The translations under genes and the position numbers were made by a program. A DNA stretch of 64,000 nucleotides, from NCBI GenBank assembly GCA_963709345.1, contig CAVPVX010000007.1, positions 704,001-768,000 on the forward strand. The letters run 5' to 3'. Positions 7,622 to 18,555 of the stretch are shown one piece after another (within the stretch, counting starts at the first letter, position 1; every line of letters begins with the position of its first letter). The notes under the pieces are model-generated. The model was not told the origin of the DNA. It worked only from the letters and a program-made list of their open reading frames with translations, and searched no databases. The DNA is from an uncultured Actinomycetes bacterium (GTDB lineage: Bacteria > Actinomycetota > Thermoleophilia > UBA2241).

Positions 7622-8671
7622 TCAGAAGCGCCGGACCTCTCGGTACAGCGTGTCCCGCTGCACCGGCGTGCGGCCGGCGGCGCGAATGAGCCGCACCATC
7701 TCGTCCACGTCGCACTGGTTGCGCACGCCGGCGGCGGCGACGACGTTCTCCTCGATCATGGTGGAGCCCAGGTCGTTGGCGCCGAAGGCCAGCGCGACCT
7801 GCCCGAGCCTCAGGCCCTGCGTGACCCACGACGCCTGGATGTTCGGAACGTTGTCGAGGTAGACGCGGCTGACGGCCAGGAGCCGCAGGTAGTCGAAGCC
7901 GGTGGCGGGCGTGTGGCCGGCCGCGAGCTCCGTGTTGCCGGCCTGGAAGGTCCACGGGATGAAGGCGGTGAAGCCACCGGTCTCGTCCTGCAGGTCGCGG
8001 ATGCGACGCAGGTGCTCGACGCGCTCCGCCGGCGTATCCAGCGAGCCGAACATCATCGTCGCCGTGGTCTTCATGCCGAGGCCGTGCGCGACACGCATCA
8101 CGTCGAGCCAGGTGTCGGTGGGGATCTTGTGCGGGCTGATGGCGGTGCGCACCCTGTCGACGAGCACCTCGGCGCCGCCGCCGGGGACGCTGTCGAGACC
8201 GGCGGCGTGGAGGCGGCGCAGCGTCTCGTCCACGGTCAAGTCGCTCGTCTTGGCGAGGTGCGCGATCTCGGGTGGCGAGAGCGAGTGGATGTGGATGGGG
8301 TAGCGTGCCTTGATGCCGCTGAAGACACGCTCGAACCAGCAGATGTCGAGGTCCGGGTGCAAGCCGCCCTGCATCATGATCGCGGTGCCGCCGAGGGCGA
8401 GCGTCTCCTCGATCCTGCGGTGGATGTCATCCTCGGAGAGCAGGTAGCCCTCCCCGCTCCCCGGCTTCTTGTAGAAGGCGCAGAAGCGACAGCCGGAGAT
8501 GCAGTAGTCCGTGTAATTGATGTTGCGGTCGACGATGAAGGTGACGTCGTCGCCGGGGTGGAGGCGTCGACAGACGGTGTCGGCGCGGGCGCCCAGAGCC
8601 AGCAGATCGCCGCCCTCAAGCAGGGCGAGGGCCTCGGGGTCGGAGATCCGCCCTGGCGCCTGCTCGCTCAC
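7622..8671 (-). CDS. mqnC: Cyclic dehypoxanthine futalosine synthase (radical SAM)
   Basis: TFIVDRNINYTDYCISGCRFCAF, PGGGAEVL, FIPWTFQ and GANDLGSTMIEENVV. Confidence 0.93.
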   Translation of the reverse strand: MSEQAPGRISDPEALALLEGGDLLALGARADTVCRRLHPGDDVTFIVDRNINYTDYCISGCRFCAFYKKPGSGEGYLLSEDDIHRRIEETLALGGTAIMMQGGLHPDLDICWFERVFSGIKARYPIHIHSLSPPEIAHLAKTSDLTVDETLRRLHAAGLDSVPGGGAEVLVDRVRTAISPHKIPTDTWLDVMRVAHGLGMKTTATMMFGSLDTPAERVEHLRRIRDLQDETGGFTAFIPWTFQAGNTELAAGHTPATGFDYLRLLAVSRVYLDNVPNIQASWVTQGLRLGQVALAFGANDLGSTMIEENVVAAAGVRNQCDVDEMVRLIRAAGRTPVQRDTLYREVRRF

Positions 8672-8898
8672 GAGACATCCCGGTCAAGCCGCTTGACCAT
8701 GACGACCAAGTCGAAGCCGGCGAGAAAGCCGACCAGCCCTCCATCTTCCTCGCCGATGATGCAGGTGTCGCCGAGATGCTCGAACAACTGCGGGCACACC
8801 GCGTGCACCATGTGGCGGCCCGGCCACCAGTCGTCGATGGCCTGTGCGACCGCCCCCGCGTCCGTGGGCTCAGCGGCGTGCCACGCCACGGCGCTCAC
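8668..8898 (-). pseudogene. Internally deleted GNAT paralogue (76 aa)
   Basis: DDWWPGRHM..CPQLFEHLGDTCIIGEEDGGLVGFLAGF parallels the N-half of the adjacent GNAT, then jumps to a C-terminal strand; the acetyl-CoA motif is missing. Confidence 0.6.
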
Positions 8899-9398
8899 GC
8901 GCCGGCCTTCGGTTCGAGGAGCAGCTGAAAGCGCACCCGTTGGTCGCCGTGCGGCCCGCGCTCGGTGGTGACCGGGACGCCTTCGATCTCGTCGTCGCCG
9001 GGCAGGAGCGTGAACCCGAGCGCGGTGTGGAAGGCGATGGAGCCGGTGTTGACCGGAGCCGTGACGGCGCGGACCACGGAACGGCCGTCCGCGCGCGCCA
9101 TGTCGAGGAAGCGGCGGTAGAGGTCGCTGGCGAGACCGGCGCGCCGCCACTCGGGAGCCACACCGGCGAAGTGCACGTACGCCTCGTCGGCATGGTCCGG
9201 GCAGAAGAAGCCGACGAGGAAGGCGATGAGCCTGTCCTCGTGCTCGACGAGCAACGAGGTGCCGCGGAAGTGCTCGAAGAAGACGCGCGGCAGCAGCGCG
9301 CGCAGGTCGCGGCCGTCCCACCAAGCCGGCAGGACGGCCATCACGCGCTCCCAGTCGTCCGGGATCGGCCGGCGGAAGATGATGCCGGAACAGCTCAT
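8895..9398 (-). CDS. GNAT family N-acetyltransferase
   Basis: AYVHFAGVAPEWRRAGLA motif A and NTGSIAFHTALGF motif B. Confidence 0.88.
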   Translation of the reverse strand: MSCSGIIFRRPIPDDWERVMAVLPAWWDGRDLRALLPRVFFEHFRGTSLLVEHEDRLIAFLVGFFCPDHADEAYVHFAGVAPEWRRAGLASDLYRRFLDMARADGRSVVRAVTAPVNTGSIAFHTALGFTLLPGDDEIEGVPVTTERGPHGDQRVRFQLLLEPKAGA

Positions 9399-9409
9399 CG
9401 GCGCCGGCC

Positions 9410-10274
9410 TCAGGCGCCGCCGGCCGCGGCGGCCGGTCCGTCCAGGTCGGGGACGCGCGCGAGCTCGCCGATGACGGCGGCGCGCCGGTAGAACTCGCTC
9501 AGCCCCTCCCGGTACTCGGGCGTGAAACCGAACTTGAGCTTGTCGAAATAGTCCATGAGGTACGCCTGGCTGAAATCGTAGACCTGGGCGGCCGCGGCGG
9601 CGGTGGCCCCGGGAGCCGCCGCGCACGCGTCGCGCGACGCGAGAAGCGCAGCGCCGACCGCAGCCGCCGCCTCGGGGCGCGCCTCCACGAAGTCCCGGCG
9701 CGCGGCGCACACCGCGTACACCATCGGCAGGCCCGTGACGCTCTTCCACTCGGCGCCGAGGTCGAAGTGGTGCGGGTAGGCCTCCACGCGCAGCAGGTGC
9801 AGCGCCTCGTCGCCGATCAGGAGCAGCGCGTCGAAGTCCTCGAGGACCTCCGACAACGGGCCGCGGCGCGGCGCGAACTCCGGATCGATTCCCCACTCGC
9901 GGCAGAGCACCTTGAGCAGGCAGATGGAGGTCGCGCTCTTCTCCGTCAGCGCGACTCTGCGGATGCGCGCGAGCGGGGTGCGCGCGAACAGCTGGATGGA
10001 GTCCACGGCGCCGAACGAACTGATGGAGATGTGCGGCAGCAGAACCTGCTCCTCGGCGTTGCGGGCGAAGGCGATGGAGGATGACAGCGTGACGTCGATG
10101 GTCCCGTCGACCAGCATGTCGTTGAGCGCCGCGGGATAGCCCTCGACGATCTCGGCGCCGACGCCGCGGGCGGAGAGCTCGCCGCTGAAGTGGTGGTAGA
10201 GCGGAAAACAGTTGACGAACTCGATGCGCCCAACGCGCACGGGAGCGTCGACCGGCGCACCTGCGGCGGCCGGC

Positions 10275-10285
<11 letters not shown>
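9410..10285 (-). CDS. mqnA: Chorismate dehydratase (futalosine pathway)
   Basis: VGRIEFVNCFPL, SATS, LLIGDEAL and DLGAEWKSVTGLPMVYAV. Confidence 0.92.
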
Positions 10286-11396
<1,111 letters not shown>

Positions 11397-11415
11397 GGAA
11401 TGGACTCCAGGTTCG

Positions 11416-12396
11416 TCAGCTGTAGCGGTCGACTACCTGCGCCGCCACCTGGCCGAGCAGGTCGCGCTCGACGGTGTCGGGGCAGGAAGCAAGGACCGAC
11501 CGGGCCTCTTCAATGTACCGCAAAGCGGTGGCCCGGGCACGCTCGAGGGCGCCGCACTCGGCCACCGCGCGCAGGACGGCCGCCACGTCTTCGTCCGTGG
11601 CCGGCATCGCCAGGAGTCCCGCCAGCTCGGGCCGAGCCTCGAGAGCGTAGATGAGCGGCAGCGTGATCGTGCCGCCCCGCACGTCGGTCCCCGGGCGCTT
11701 GCCGGTGTTCGCCTCGTCACCCTCGCAGTCGAGGATGTCGTCGAAGACCTGGAAGGCCAGGCCCATGAGGCGGCCGAACTCGCCGACGGCGGCCACCGCG
11801 AGCGGCCCGGCCGCCGAGAGCATGGCGCCCAGCGAGCACGCGGCGGCGAACAGGTCGGCCGTCTTGCGTTCGCAGCGCCGCCCGTACGCCGACTCGTCGA
11901 CGGCGGTGTCGAAGGCCTCGGCGCGCTGCAGCACCTCGCCTTCGCTGAGGCCGACGGCGGTCGCACTCAGGATGTCCACGGCCGCCGGCTCGCCGGCGCC
12001 GACGAGCTCGGAGAAGGCGCGGGCGAGCAGGTAGTTCCCGGCGGACACCGCCGTCGACGCGCCGTAGCGGTGCGCCACCGTGGGCCGCCCCCGCCGCACC
12101 TCGGCCTGGTCGAGCACGTCGTCGTGCACAAGTGTCGCCATGTGCAGAAGCTCGACCGCCGCGGCTCCGCGGAGCACGGACTCACCCAGCGGGACACTCC
12201 GGCGCGCGCACAGGAGCACGAGCAGCGGCCGCATGCGCTTGCCTCCGGCTTCCAGTGTGGTCGCGCACGCCTTGCCGAGCGGACCCGGGTACTGCCCGGT
12301 CACGGTCGCGAGCCGCGCCTCGACGAGTTCGAGACCGCGCGCGTAGCGGCGCCGCTGAGCGGCCGAGCGCCACGAGAGGGCGGGGCGAGGCTTCAC
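11416..12396 (-). CDS. Polyprenyl diphosphate synthase (HepT/IspB-like)
   Basis: GGKRMRP, ELLHMATLVHDDVLD..RRG, KTA and AFQVFDDILD motifs; GTG overlaps the menG stop. Confidence 0.92.
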   Translation of the reverse strand: MKPRPALSWRSAAQRRRYARGLELVEARLATVTGQYPGPLGKACATTLEAGGKRMRPLLVLLCARRSVPLGESVLRGAAAVELLHMATLVHDDVLDQAEVRRGRPTVAHRYGASTAVSAGNYLLARAFSELVGAGEPAAVDILSATAVGLSEGEVLQRAEAFDTAVDESAYGRRCERKTADLFAAACSLGAMLSAAGPLAVAAVGEFGRLMGLAFQVFDDILDCEGDEANTGKRPGTDVRGGTITLPLIYALEARPELAGLLAMPATDEDVAAVLRAVAECGALERARATALRYIEEARSVLASCPDTVERDLLGQVAAQVVDRYS

Positions 12397-13181
12397 CTCG
12401 GCGCCTCGCCCACGTGCAGAGCCACGGCGCCGAACCCGAGGCGACGGAAGCGCACGTTGCGCAGCCCGGCGGCCGCCATGATCGCCGCCAGTCCCTCGGC
12501 GCGCGGGAAGGCGGCGACCGATGCGGGAAGATACGCGTACGCCGCCCGATCGCCGGTCACGACCCGGCCGAGAAGCGGGACGACCATGCCCATCCAGACT
12601 TGGTGGAAGCGCCGGCCGGGGCCGGCCGGCGCTTGCGTCGACTCGAGGCATACCACACGGCCTCCCGGGCGCGTGACGCGGGCCATCTCACGAAAGGCCC
12701 GCGCGACGTCCGGGACGTTGCGGACCCCCCAGCCCACCGTGACGGCCGCAAAGCTGTCGTCGTCGAAGGGCAGGTCGAGCAGGTCTCCGACGACGAAGGC
12801 GGCGGGCGCGGGCCTGCCGCGGCGCTCCCGCGCCGCGGCCTTCTCCCGCGCCCGGTCGACCATGGCCGCGGTGAAGTCGAGGCCGGTGACCGCGCAACCC
12901 GGACACGCGTCGAGCAGGCTGAACGTGAGATCGCCGGTGCCGCAGCACGCGTCGAGGACCGAGTCGCCGGAAGAGACCTGGGACTGGAGAGCTGCCGTCC
13001 GCCGCCACCGGCGATCGAGACCCGCGGTCATGAGCCGGTTCATGACGTCGTACCGTGCCGCGATGCCGCCGAACATCGCCTCGATCCGGCCGGGATCGCG
13101 ATCCATCGGCAGACCGCCCGTGCCGGCCGGCGCGGGCCGGCCTCCTGAGCCGGGCTCGTCGACCGGCTCGTCCACCGGCAT
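12393..13181 (-). CDS. menG: Demethylmenaquinone methyltransferase
   Basis: MFGGIAARYDVMN, VLDACCGTGDL and YAYLPASV; start could be the later ATG (MDRDPG). Confidence 0.92.
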   Translation of the reverse strand: MPVDEPVDEPGSGGRPAPAGTGGLPMDRDPGRIEAMFGGIAARYDVMNRLMTAGLDRRWRRTAALQSQVSSGDSVLDACCGTGDLTFSLLDACPGCAVTGLDFTAAMVDRAREKAAARERRGRPAPAAFVVGDLLDLPFDDDSFAAVTVGWGVRNVPDVARAFREMARVTRPGGRVVCLESTQAPAGPGRRFHQVWMGMVVPLLGRVVTGDRAAYAYLPASVAAFPRAEGLAAIMAAAGLRNVRFRRLGFGAVALHVGEAPR

Positions 13182-13792
13182 CAGCGCCGGCCCCCGTCCC
13201 ACGGCGGGAAGAGGGTCTGGGCGAAACCGAGGGCGCTCATCACCTTGCCGGCGATGTGATCGACCGCGTCCTGCAGCGACTGCGGCCGCGTGTAGAAGCC
13301 GGGCATGGCCGGGACCACGACGGCGCCGGCCTCGGCCAGTTCGAGCAGCCGGCGCAGGTGGATCTGCGTGAGCGGTGTCTCGCGCGGTACGAGCACCAGC
13401 GGTCGCCGCTCTTTGAGGGCGACGTCTCCGACGCGGTGCATGAGCGTGCGCGTCGTACCCAGCGCAAGGTGTGCGGCCGTCGACATCGAGCACGGGCACA
13501 CGACGGCGGCGTCGGGGAAGCTGCTGCCGCTCGCCGCCGGCGCCGCGAGGTCGTCGGGCGCGTACACCTCCGCGGTGGCGCCGGCGCGCTCGAGAAAGGC
13601 CGCAGTGACCGCCTCACGTCCCTCGGCGGGCAGCTCGAGTTCGTGCTGAAGAACGAGCACGCCGCTCTCCGAGACGCTGAGCTGCATGGCGCAGCCGGCC
13701 TCTGCCAGCGCCTGCACGAGACGCAGCGCGTAGGGCGCGCCGCTGGCGCCGCTCACGCCGACGAAGACGCTCTGTGGAGGGCGACCGGTCAT
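13181..13792 (-). CDS. ubiX: Flavin prenyltransferase
   Basis: VGVSGASGAPYA, PCSMST, DVALKERRPLVLVPRETP and PAMPGFY. Confidence 0.95.
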   Translation of the reverse strand: MTGRPPQSVFVGVSGASGAPYALRLVQALAEAGCAMQLSVSESGVLVLQHELELPAEGREAVTAAFLERAGATAEVYAPDDLAAPAASGSSFPDAAVVCPCSMSTAAHLALGTTRTLMHRVGDVALKERRPLVLVPRETPLTQIHLRRLLELAEAGAVVVPAMPGFYTRPQSLQDAVDHIAGKVMSALGFAQTLFPPWDGGRR

Positions 13793-14436
13793 GTCTCACG
13801 CTCCGTACGCCGGCGCCCGCAGCCGGCTGTTGCCTCAGGGATCGATGCCCCCTGCGTGTCACTGACCACCGTAGCAGCCCTTTGCCCGGTGCCGCCGTTG
13901 CCGTGGCGCGATACGGAGCGGTGGCACCGCACGCAGGTGCTCTTGGGGACGCGCTTCCGCGCCTTGTGGAACGTGCCGGCTTGACACGACCAGCAGGTGT
14001 CGTCGGGGTAGCTCCGGAAGTCGGTATGGCATGCGCTGCAGGTGGCGTCGGTGGGTGCCCCGCCGCTGTGGCAACTGCACCCGGCAGCGCCTTCGTGGCC
14101 CCACGCCCCGAGCGGCCGCTCTTGCTTGTAGTGATCGACGGGCGGCGACCCCGCGAAGACCACCTTGTCGAACGGCCAGTTCTCGGGCTTGAGGTGAGCG
14201 CTGAAGAAGTGGGGGAAGATGAAGATCACGCTGATGAGTGTGATGTACGCAGCGTGGAAAGACCAGGCCGGCAGCGACGAGCGCGGGCTCCGTCGCCTTG
14301 CACGACGCGCAGTACGTGGGTGTATCGGTGACCCAGACGGGGATGACCACGACGACCGCGAGCACGGCGATGAAGCCGATGGCGGCGGCGGCGGAGACCC
14401 ACGGCGACCGGTACCACGGACGCGGCCTCGGCTCAT
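13789..14436 (-). pseudogene. Degraded multiheme cytochrome c / cytochrome b mosaic
   Basis: TM anchor plus TDTPTYCASCK in one frame; HFFSAHLKPENWPFDKVVFAG plus CSACH, CWSCQ and CVRCH in another; no single intact frame. Confidence 0.6.
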
Positions 14437-14610
14437 AGCGGCAACGCGGGCGGCCCTAAGGCAAGATCGCGGACCTCTCTGGCTCAAGGCTCTGACAGTG
14501 CGGCCGGGCGATAGAGTCCCCACTCTTCGGTCCGGCAGACCGGATCGTGCCATCCCGGGTATACGGCGGCGAGTGCTTGTTGCCTTGATCCGCCGCCGCG
14601 GCGCCGCGCC

Positions 14611-15489
14611 TCAGTGCACCGTCACGGACAGGATGACCACGGCGCCGTAGAGCAGGCCGACGGCGCCGTTGACGGTCATGAAGCCCATGCCGACCTCGCG
14701 GAGGCCCCGCCGGGCGATATCGACGTGCGACCAGGCGAGGATCGCCGCGACCAGCGCCAGGCCGCACCAGTACACCCAGCCGAGCCCTGCGAGCGCGCCG
14801 ACGGCGGCGAGCAGCGCCACGGTGGCGATGTGTGAAGCAGCAGCGGCCAGGATCGCGCCGCGCTCGCCGGCGGCGACGGGCAGCGAGTGCAGGCCGTGAG
14901 CGCGGTCGAACTCGAGGTCGAAGACCGCGTACAGCACATCGAACCCCCCGACCCAGAGCCCGACGGCGAAGAACAGCAGCCAGGCCTCCGCGGCGACCGA
15001 GCCCGTGACCGCCACCCACGCGGCCGCCGGCGCCAGCCCGAGGGTGAGGCCGAGGAAGTAGTGGCAGAACCAGGTGAAGCGCTTGGTGTACGGATACAGG
15101 ACGAACGCCGCCAGCGGGATCGGCCAGAGGTAGCGGCACGGCGCGGAGAGGTTGATGGCGGCGACCACGAGCAGAGCCACGGAGACGGCGGTGAACAGCC
15201 AGACCTCGCGCCGGGCGAGGCGCCCCGTGGGCAGCTCGCGCTCCGCGGTCCGCGGGTTGCGCGCGTCGATGCCGGCGTCGATGAGGCGGTTGAGCGCCAT
15301 CGCCGCGCTGCGCGCGCCGACCATCGCCACGGTGATCCAGAGGAGCTGACTCCAGGTCGGCGCCCCGTCCGCGGCCAGGAAGGCGCCGGCATAAGCGAAC
15401 GGCAGGGCGTAGACGCTGTGCTCGATCTTGACGAGCCGGGCGAAGAGCGTGGGCCTGGAGACGCGGCCGGCGTCGCCGGAGGACGACAC
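14611..15489 (-). CDS. UbiA-family prenyltransferase (MqnP-like)
   Basis: KIEHSVYALPFAY, ARSAAMALNRLIDAGIDARNPRT, YPYTKRF and GFDVLYA. Confidence 0.92.
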   Translation of the reverse strand: MSSSGDAGRVSRPTLFARLVKIEHSVYALPFAYAGAFLAADGAPTWSQLLWITVAMVGARSAAMALNRLIDAGIDARNPRTAERELPTGRLARREVWLFTAVSVALLVVAAINLSAPCRYLWPIPLAAFVLYPYTKRFTWFCHYFLGLTLGLAPAAAWVAVTGSVAAEAWLLFFAVGLWVGGFDVLYAVFDLEFDRAHGLHSLPVAAGERGAILAAAASHIATVALLAAVGALAGLGWVYWCGLALVAAILAWSHVDIARRGLREVGMGFMTVNGAVGLLYGAVVILSVTVH

Positions 15490-15496
15490 CCGAGGG

Positions 15497-15727
15497 TCAG
15501 ACGCCGGGCGCGGCGGGCTTGCCTGCCGCCTTGTCGGCGGACTCGGCCTCGGGCTTCTCGGCCGGTGTCGAGGCGGGTGCGCTCGCGTCCGCATCGACCA
15601 CGCCCGCCGCCACGACGGTGGGCGACGTGATCCCCAGGTACGCGCTGATCGTCCAGCAGACGATGGCGATCGCCCAGTTGGCGAGCGACAGGATCAGCAG
15701 GTGGCGATGGATGTTCCCGTGAAACAC
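15497..15727 (-). CDS. Small single-TM hypothetical protein
   Basis: AGGAGG RBS before GTG; one hydrophobic segment followed by an Ala/Pro-rich tail; in operon orientation. Confidence 0.65.
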   Translation of the reverse strand: MFHGNIHRHLLILSLANWAIAIVCWTISAYLGITSPTVVAAGVVDADASAPASTPAEKPEAESADKAAGKPAAPGV

Positions 15728-15831
15728 GGCCGCCTCCTCACGTTGCCCGTGGCTTCGTCACGACGGCCCCAGTCTAGAAGCGCGTCGCTCCTGCGTAAAG
15801 CGTCGCGGGGAGACGCCGTTCGCGGGCGGCC

Positions 15832-17274
15832 TCACGTGAACGGCAGCCCGAGCTCGGCCCAGCGGGCGTCCACGCGGGCGACGACCTCCGGGCTCATACC
15901 CAGCTCGTCGGGCCAGTCGCGGGTGTGACCCTCCTCGGGCCAGGTCCTGGTCGCGTCGATACCCATCTTGGCTCCGTAGCGCGCCAGCGTGCTGGAGTGG
16001 TCGAGCACGTCGAGCGGGCCGTCGACCACGACGCAATCGCGGGCCGGGTCGACGTTGTTGAACACCCGCCAGGTGACGTCGCTGTAGTCGTGGACGTCCA
16101 CGTGCTCGTCGACGACCACGACGAACTTGGTGAACATCATCTGCCCCATGCCCCACACGGCGTTCATGATCTTGCGTGCCTGACCGGGATACTCCTTGCG
16201 GATGCTGATGATGGCGCAGTCGTGGAAGACGCCCTCGATCGGCAGGTCCATGTCGACGATCTCGGGCTGGACCAGCTGCAACAGCGGGAGGAAGAGGCGC
16301 TCTGTCGCCTTCCCGAGGTACGCGTCCTCCATCGGCGGCTTGCCGACGATGGTGGCCGGATAGATGGGGTCGCGGCGATGGCTCATGGCGGTGAGATGGA
16401 AGACCGGGTACTGGTCGGCCAGCGAGTAGTAGCCGGTGTGGTCGCCGAACGGCCCCTCGAGCCGCGTCTCTCCCTTCTCGACGTAGCCCTCGAGGACGAT
16501 CTCGGCGTCGGCCGGCACCTGCAGGTCGACCGTCTGGCAAGGGGCCATGTCGACCGGCTCGCCGCGCAGGAAGCCGGCGAACATGAACTCGCTGATGCCC
16601 GGCGGGAGCGGCGCCGTGGCGGCGTACGTGACGGCCGGGTCGGTGCCGAGGGCCACCGCCACCTCCATGCGGTCGCCCGCCTCGCGGAAGTTGGCCGCGC
16701 CGTCGTGGTGGACGTGGATGTGCATGCCGGTGGTCCGGCCGTCGAAGACCTGCAGACGGTACATGCCGGCGTTCTGGCGGCCTTGGCGGTCCTTGGTGAC
16801 GACGATCGGCAGGGTGATGAAGGGGCCGCCGTCGCCGGGCCAGGTGGTGAGCACCGGCAGGCGCGCAAGGTCCGGCGGGTCGACGACGACCTCGCGCCAG
16901 GCGGCCTTCTTGCCGTACCTGGGCCCGTAGGAGGCGAGTTCCTTGAGCTGGCCGAGCGCCTTGACCTTGCCGACGAGGCCGCTCGGCACCTGCAACTCGA
17001 GCAGGCCGCCGATGCGCTCTGCGATGTCGTCGAGCGGTGCGCCGAGCGCCAGCTCGAGACGCCTGTACGAGCCGAGCTGATTCATGAGAACGGGCACGGC
17101 CGGGCCGGCTCCGCCCGCCGGCCGCTTGGGCTGCTCGAAGAGCAACGCGGGGCCGTGGGCCTTGCTGGCCCGGTCGGCGATCTCGGCCATCTCGAGGTAT
17201 GGGTCGACCTCCGGACGCACGCGGGCGAGCTCGCCCTCGCGTTCCAGCAGACTGATGAAGGCGCGCAGGTTCAC
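15832..17274 (-). CDS. UbiD-family menaquinone biosynthesis decarboxylase (MqnL-like)
   Basis: WPGDGGPFITLP, NAGMYRLQ, EGPFGDHTGYY and KMGIDAT; start 17274 or 17280. Confidence 0.93.
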   Translation of the reverse strand: MNLRAFISLLEREGELARVRPEVDPYLEMAEIADRASKAHGPALLFEQPKRPAGGAGPAVPVLMNQLGSYRRLELALGAPLDDIAERIGGLLELQVPSGLVGKVKALGQLKELASYGPRYGKKAAWREVVVDPPDLARLPVLTTWPGDGGPFITLPIVVTKDRQGRQNAGMYRLQVFDGRTTGMHIHVHHDGAANFREAGDRMEVAVALGTDPAVTYAATAPLPPGISEFMFAGFLRGEPVDMAPCQTVDLQVPADAEIVLEGYVEKGETRLEGPFGDHTGYYSLADQYPVFHLTAMSHRRDPIYPATIVGKPPMEDAYLGKATERLFLPLLQLVQPEIVDMDLPIEGVFHDCAIISIRKEYPGQARKIMNAVWGMGQMMFTKFVVVVDEHVDVHDYSDVTWRVFNNVDPARDCVVVDGPLDVLDHSSTLARYGAKMGIDATRTWPEEGHTRDWPDELGMSPEVVARVDARWAELGLPFT

Positions 17275-17276
17275 GG

Positions 17277-17900
17277 TCACCTCCCGATGTCGGTGGTGGG
17301 GGTCGGGTCGGCGGTGGCCGGCCCAGCGACGGTATCGAGCGCGCGGAGCAGCGGCGAGGCGTCGGCGAGGCCGAGACGGCCGGCCGCCCGCGTGACGGCG
17401 GCGGGAACGTCCGCCTGGCGCGACCCTCCGAGGGCCGCGTCCACCTCGTCGAACAGCGCGGCGACCGCGGCGGGCTCGGCGCCGGCGTGCTGCGCCGCCA
17501 GCCCGCCCATCGTGTACGCCCACAAGGCGTCGTCGTCGGCGAACGGAGCCCGGCTGCCGCGAAGGTACGAGCAGGCGGCCATGAGCCGTGCCAGCAGGCC
17601 GACGGCGTCGATGTCGCCGCGCGCGGCGATACCGCGCAGGCCGCGCGCGTAGAAGTAGTCGCCGGCGAGCAGCCGTGCCGCAAGGTTATCCGCCTCCAGC
17701 GAAACCGCGCGGCTCTCACGGTAGTGGAGCAAGTACCCCTCGTAGATGAGCTCGATGGCGACGGCGAAGCCCGGGTCGATGCCGGCATCCAGCGTGGTGT
17801 ACAGCACGCCCCACCGGGGCTCGGGCGGCACGGAGAGGGGCGGGCCGAACTTCTCCCCGGCGTCGATCAGCGCCGCCGCCACGCCGGGAGCGATGTCCAT
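17277..17900 (-). CDS. Polyprenyl-synthase-fold accessory protein (possible HepS-like small subunit)
   Basis: IELIYEGYLLHY and RLLAGDYFYARGL resemble isoprenoid synthase helices but lack DDxxD; lies in the menaquinone operon. Confidence 0.55.
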   Translation of the reverse strand: MDIAPGVAAALIDAGEKFGPPLSVPPEPRWGVLYTTLDAGIDPGFAVAIELIYEGYLLHYRESRAVSLEADNLAARLLAGDYFYARGLRGIAARGDIDAVGLLARLMAACSYLRGSRAPFADDDALWAYTMGGLAAQHAGAEPAAVAALFDEVDAALGGSRQADVPAAVTRAAGRLGLADASPLLRALDTVAGPATADPTPTTDIGR

Positions 17901-17902
17901 CG

Positions 17903-18553
17903 TCAGTCCTGTTCCCTGTCGAGGTAGAACGTCAACGACATCAGCTCGCTGGAGAGGTCGACCTGGCGCACAAGCACGCCCTCGGGCGTGGGAACCTTGA
18001 CCGGCGCGAAGTTGAGGATCGCCCGCACGCCGGCCGCGGCCAGCCGCTGGATCGTGGCCTCGGCCTCGGTCGCGGGCACCGTGACCATGGCGATGTCGAC
18101 CTTTTCGCGACGGCAGAACTCGTCAAGCTCCGTGATGCTGCGCACGCGTCCGTCGTCGCCCGCCGCGTACCGGGCGCCGATGACGGTGGCAGAGCTGTCG
18201 AAGATGCCCGCCACGCGAAAGCCCTGCTCGCCGAAGCCGCGGTACCGAGCGAGGGCGCGGCCCAGCTGCCCGGCGCCGATGATGACCACGTTCCATGTGT
18301 GATCGAGGCCGAGGCAGCGGGTGATCTCGTCGACCAGCAGCGGCACCTCGTAGCCCACGCCGCGTGTGCCGAACTCGCCGAAGTACGAGAAGTCCTTGCG
18401 GATCTGCGCGGCGTTCAGGTCGATCATCTCCGCGAGGTCCTTGGATGAGACGCGGTCGACACCCCTGGCGCGCAGCTCGCGCAGCTTGCGCAGGTACAGC
18501 GCCAGCCGGGGGACGGTGACGCTGGGGACGTCGTTCTTGTCGACGTTGCGCAC
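17903..18553 (-). CDS. rex: Redox-sensing transcriptional repressor Rex
   Basis: TVPRLALYLR, QIRKDFSYFGEFGTRGVGY, GAGQLGRAL and ILNFAP. Confidence 0.96.
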   Translation of the reverse strand: MRNVDKNDVPSVTVPRLALYLRKLRELRARGVDRVSSKDLAEMIDLNAAQIRKDFSYFGEFGTRGVGYEVPLLVDEITRCLGLDHTWNVVIIGAGQLGRALARYRGFGEQGFRVAGIFDSSATVIGARYAAGDDGRVRSITELDEFCRREKVDIAMVTVPATEAEATIQRLAAAGVRAILNFAPVKVPTPEGVLVRQVDLSSELMSLTFYLDREQD

Positions 18554-18555
18554 GG

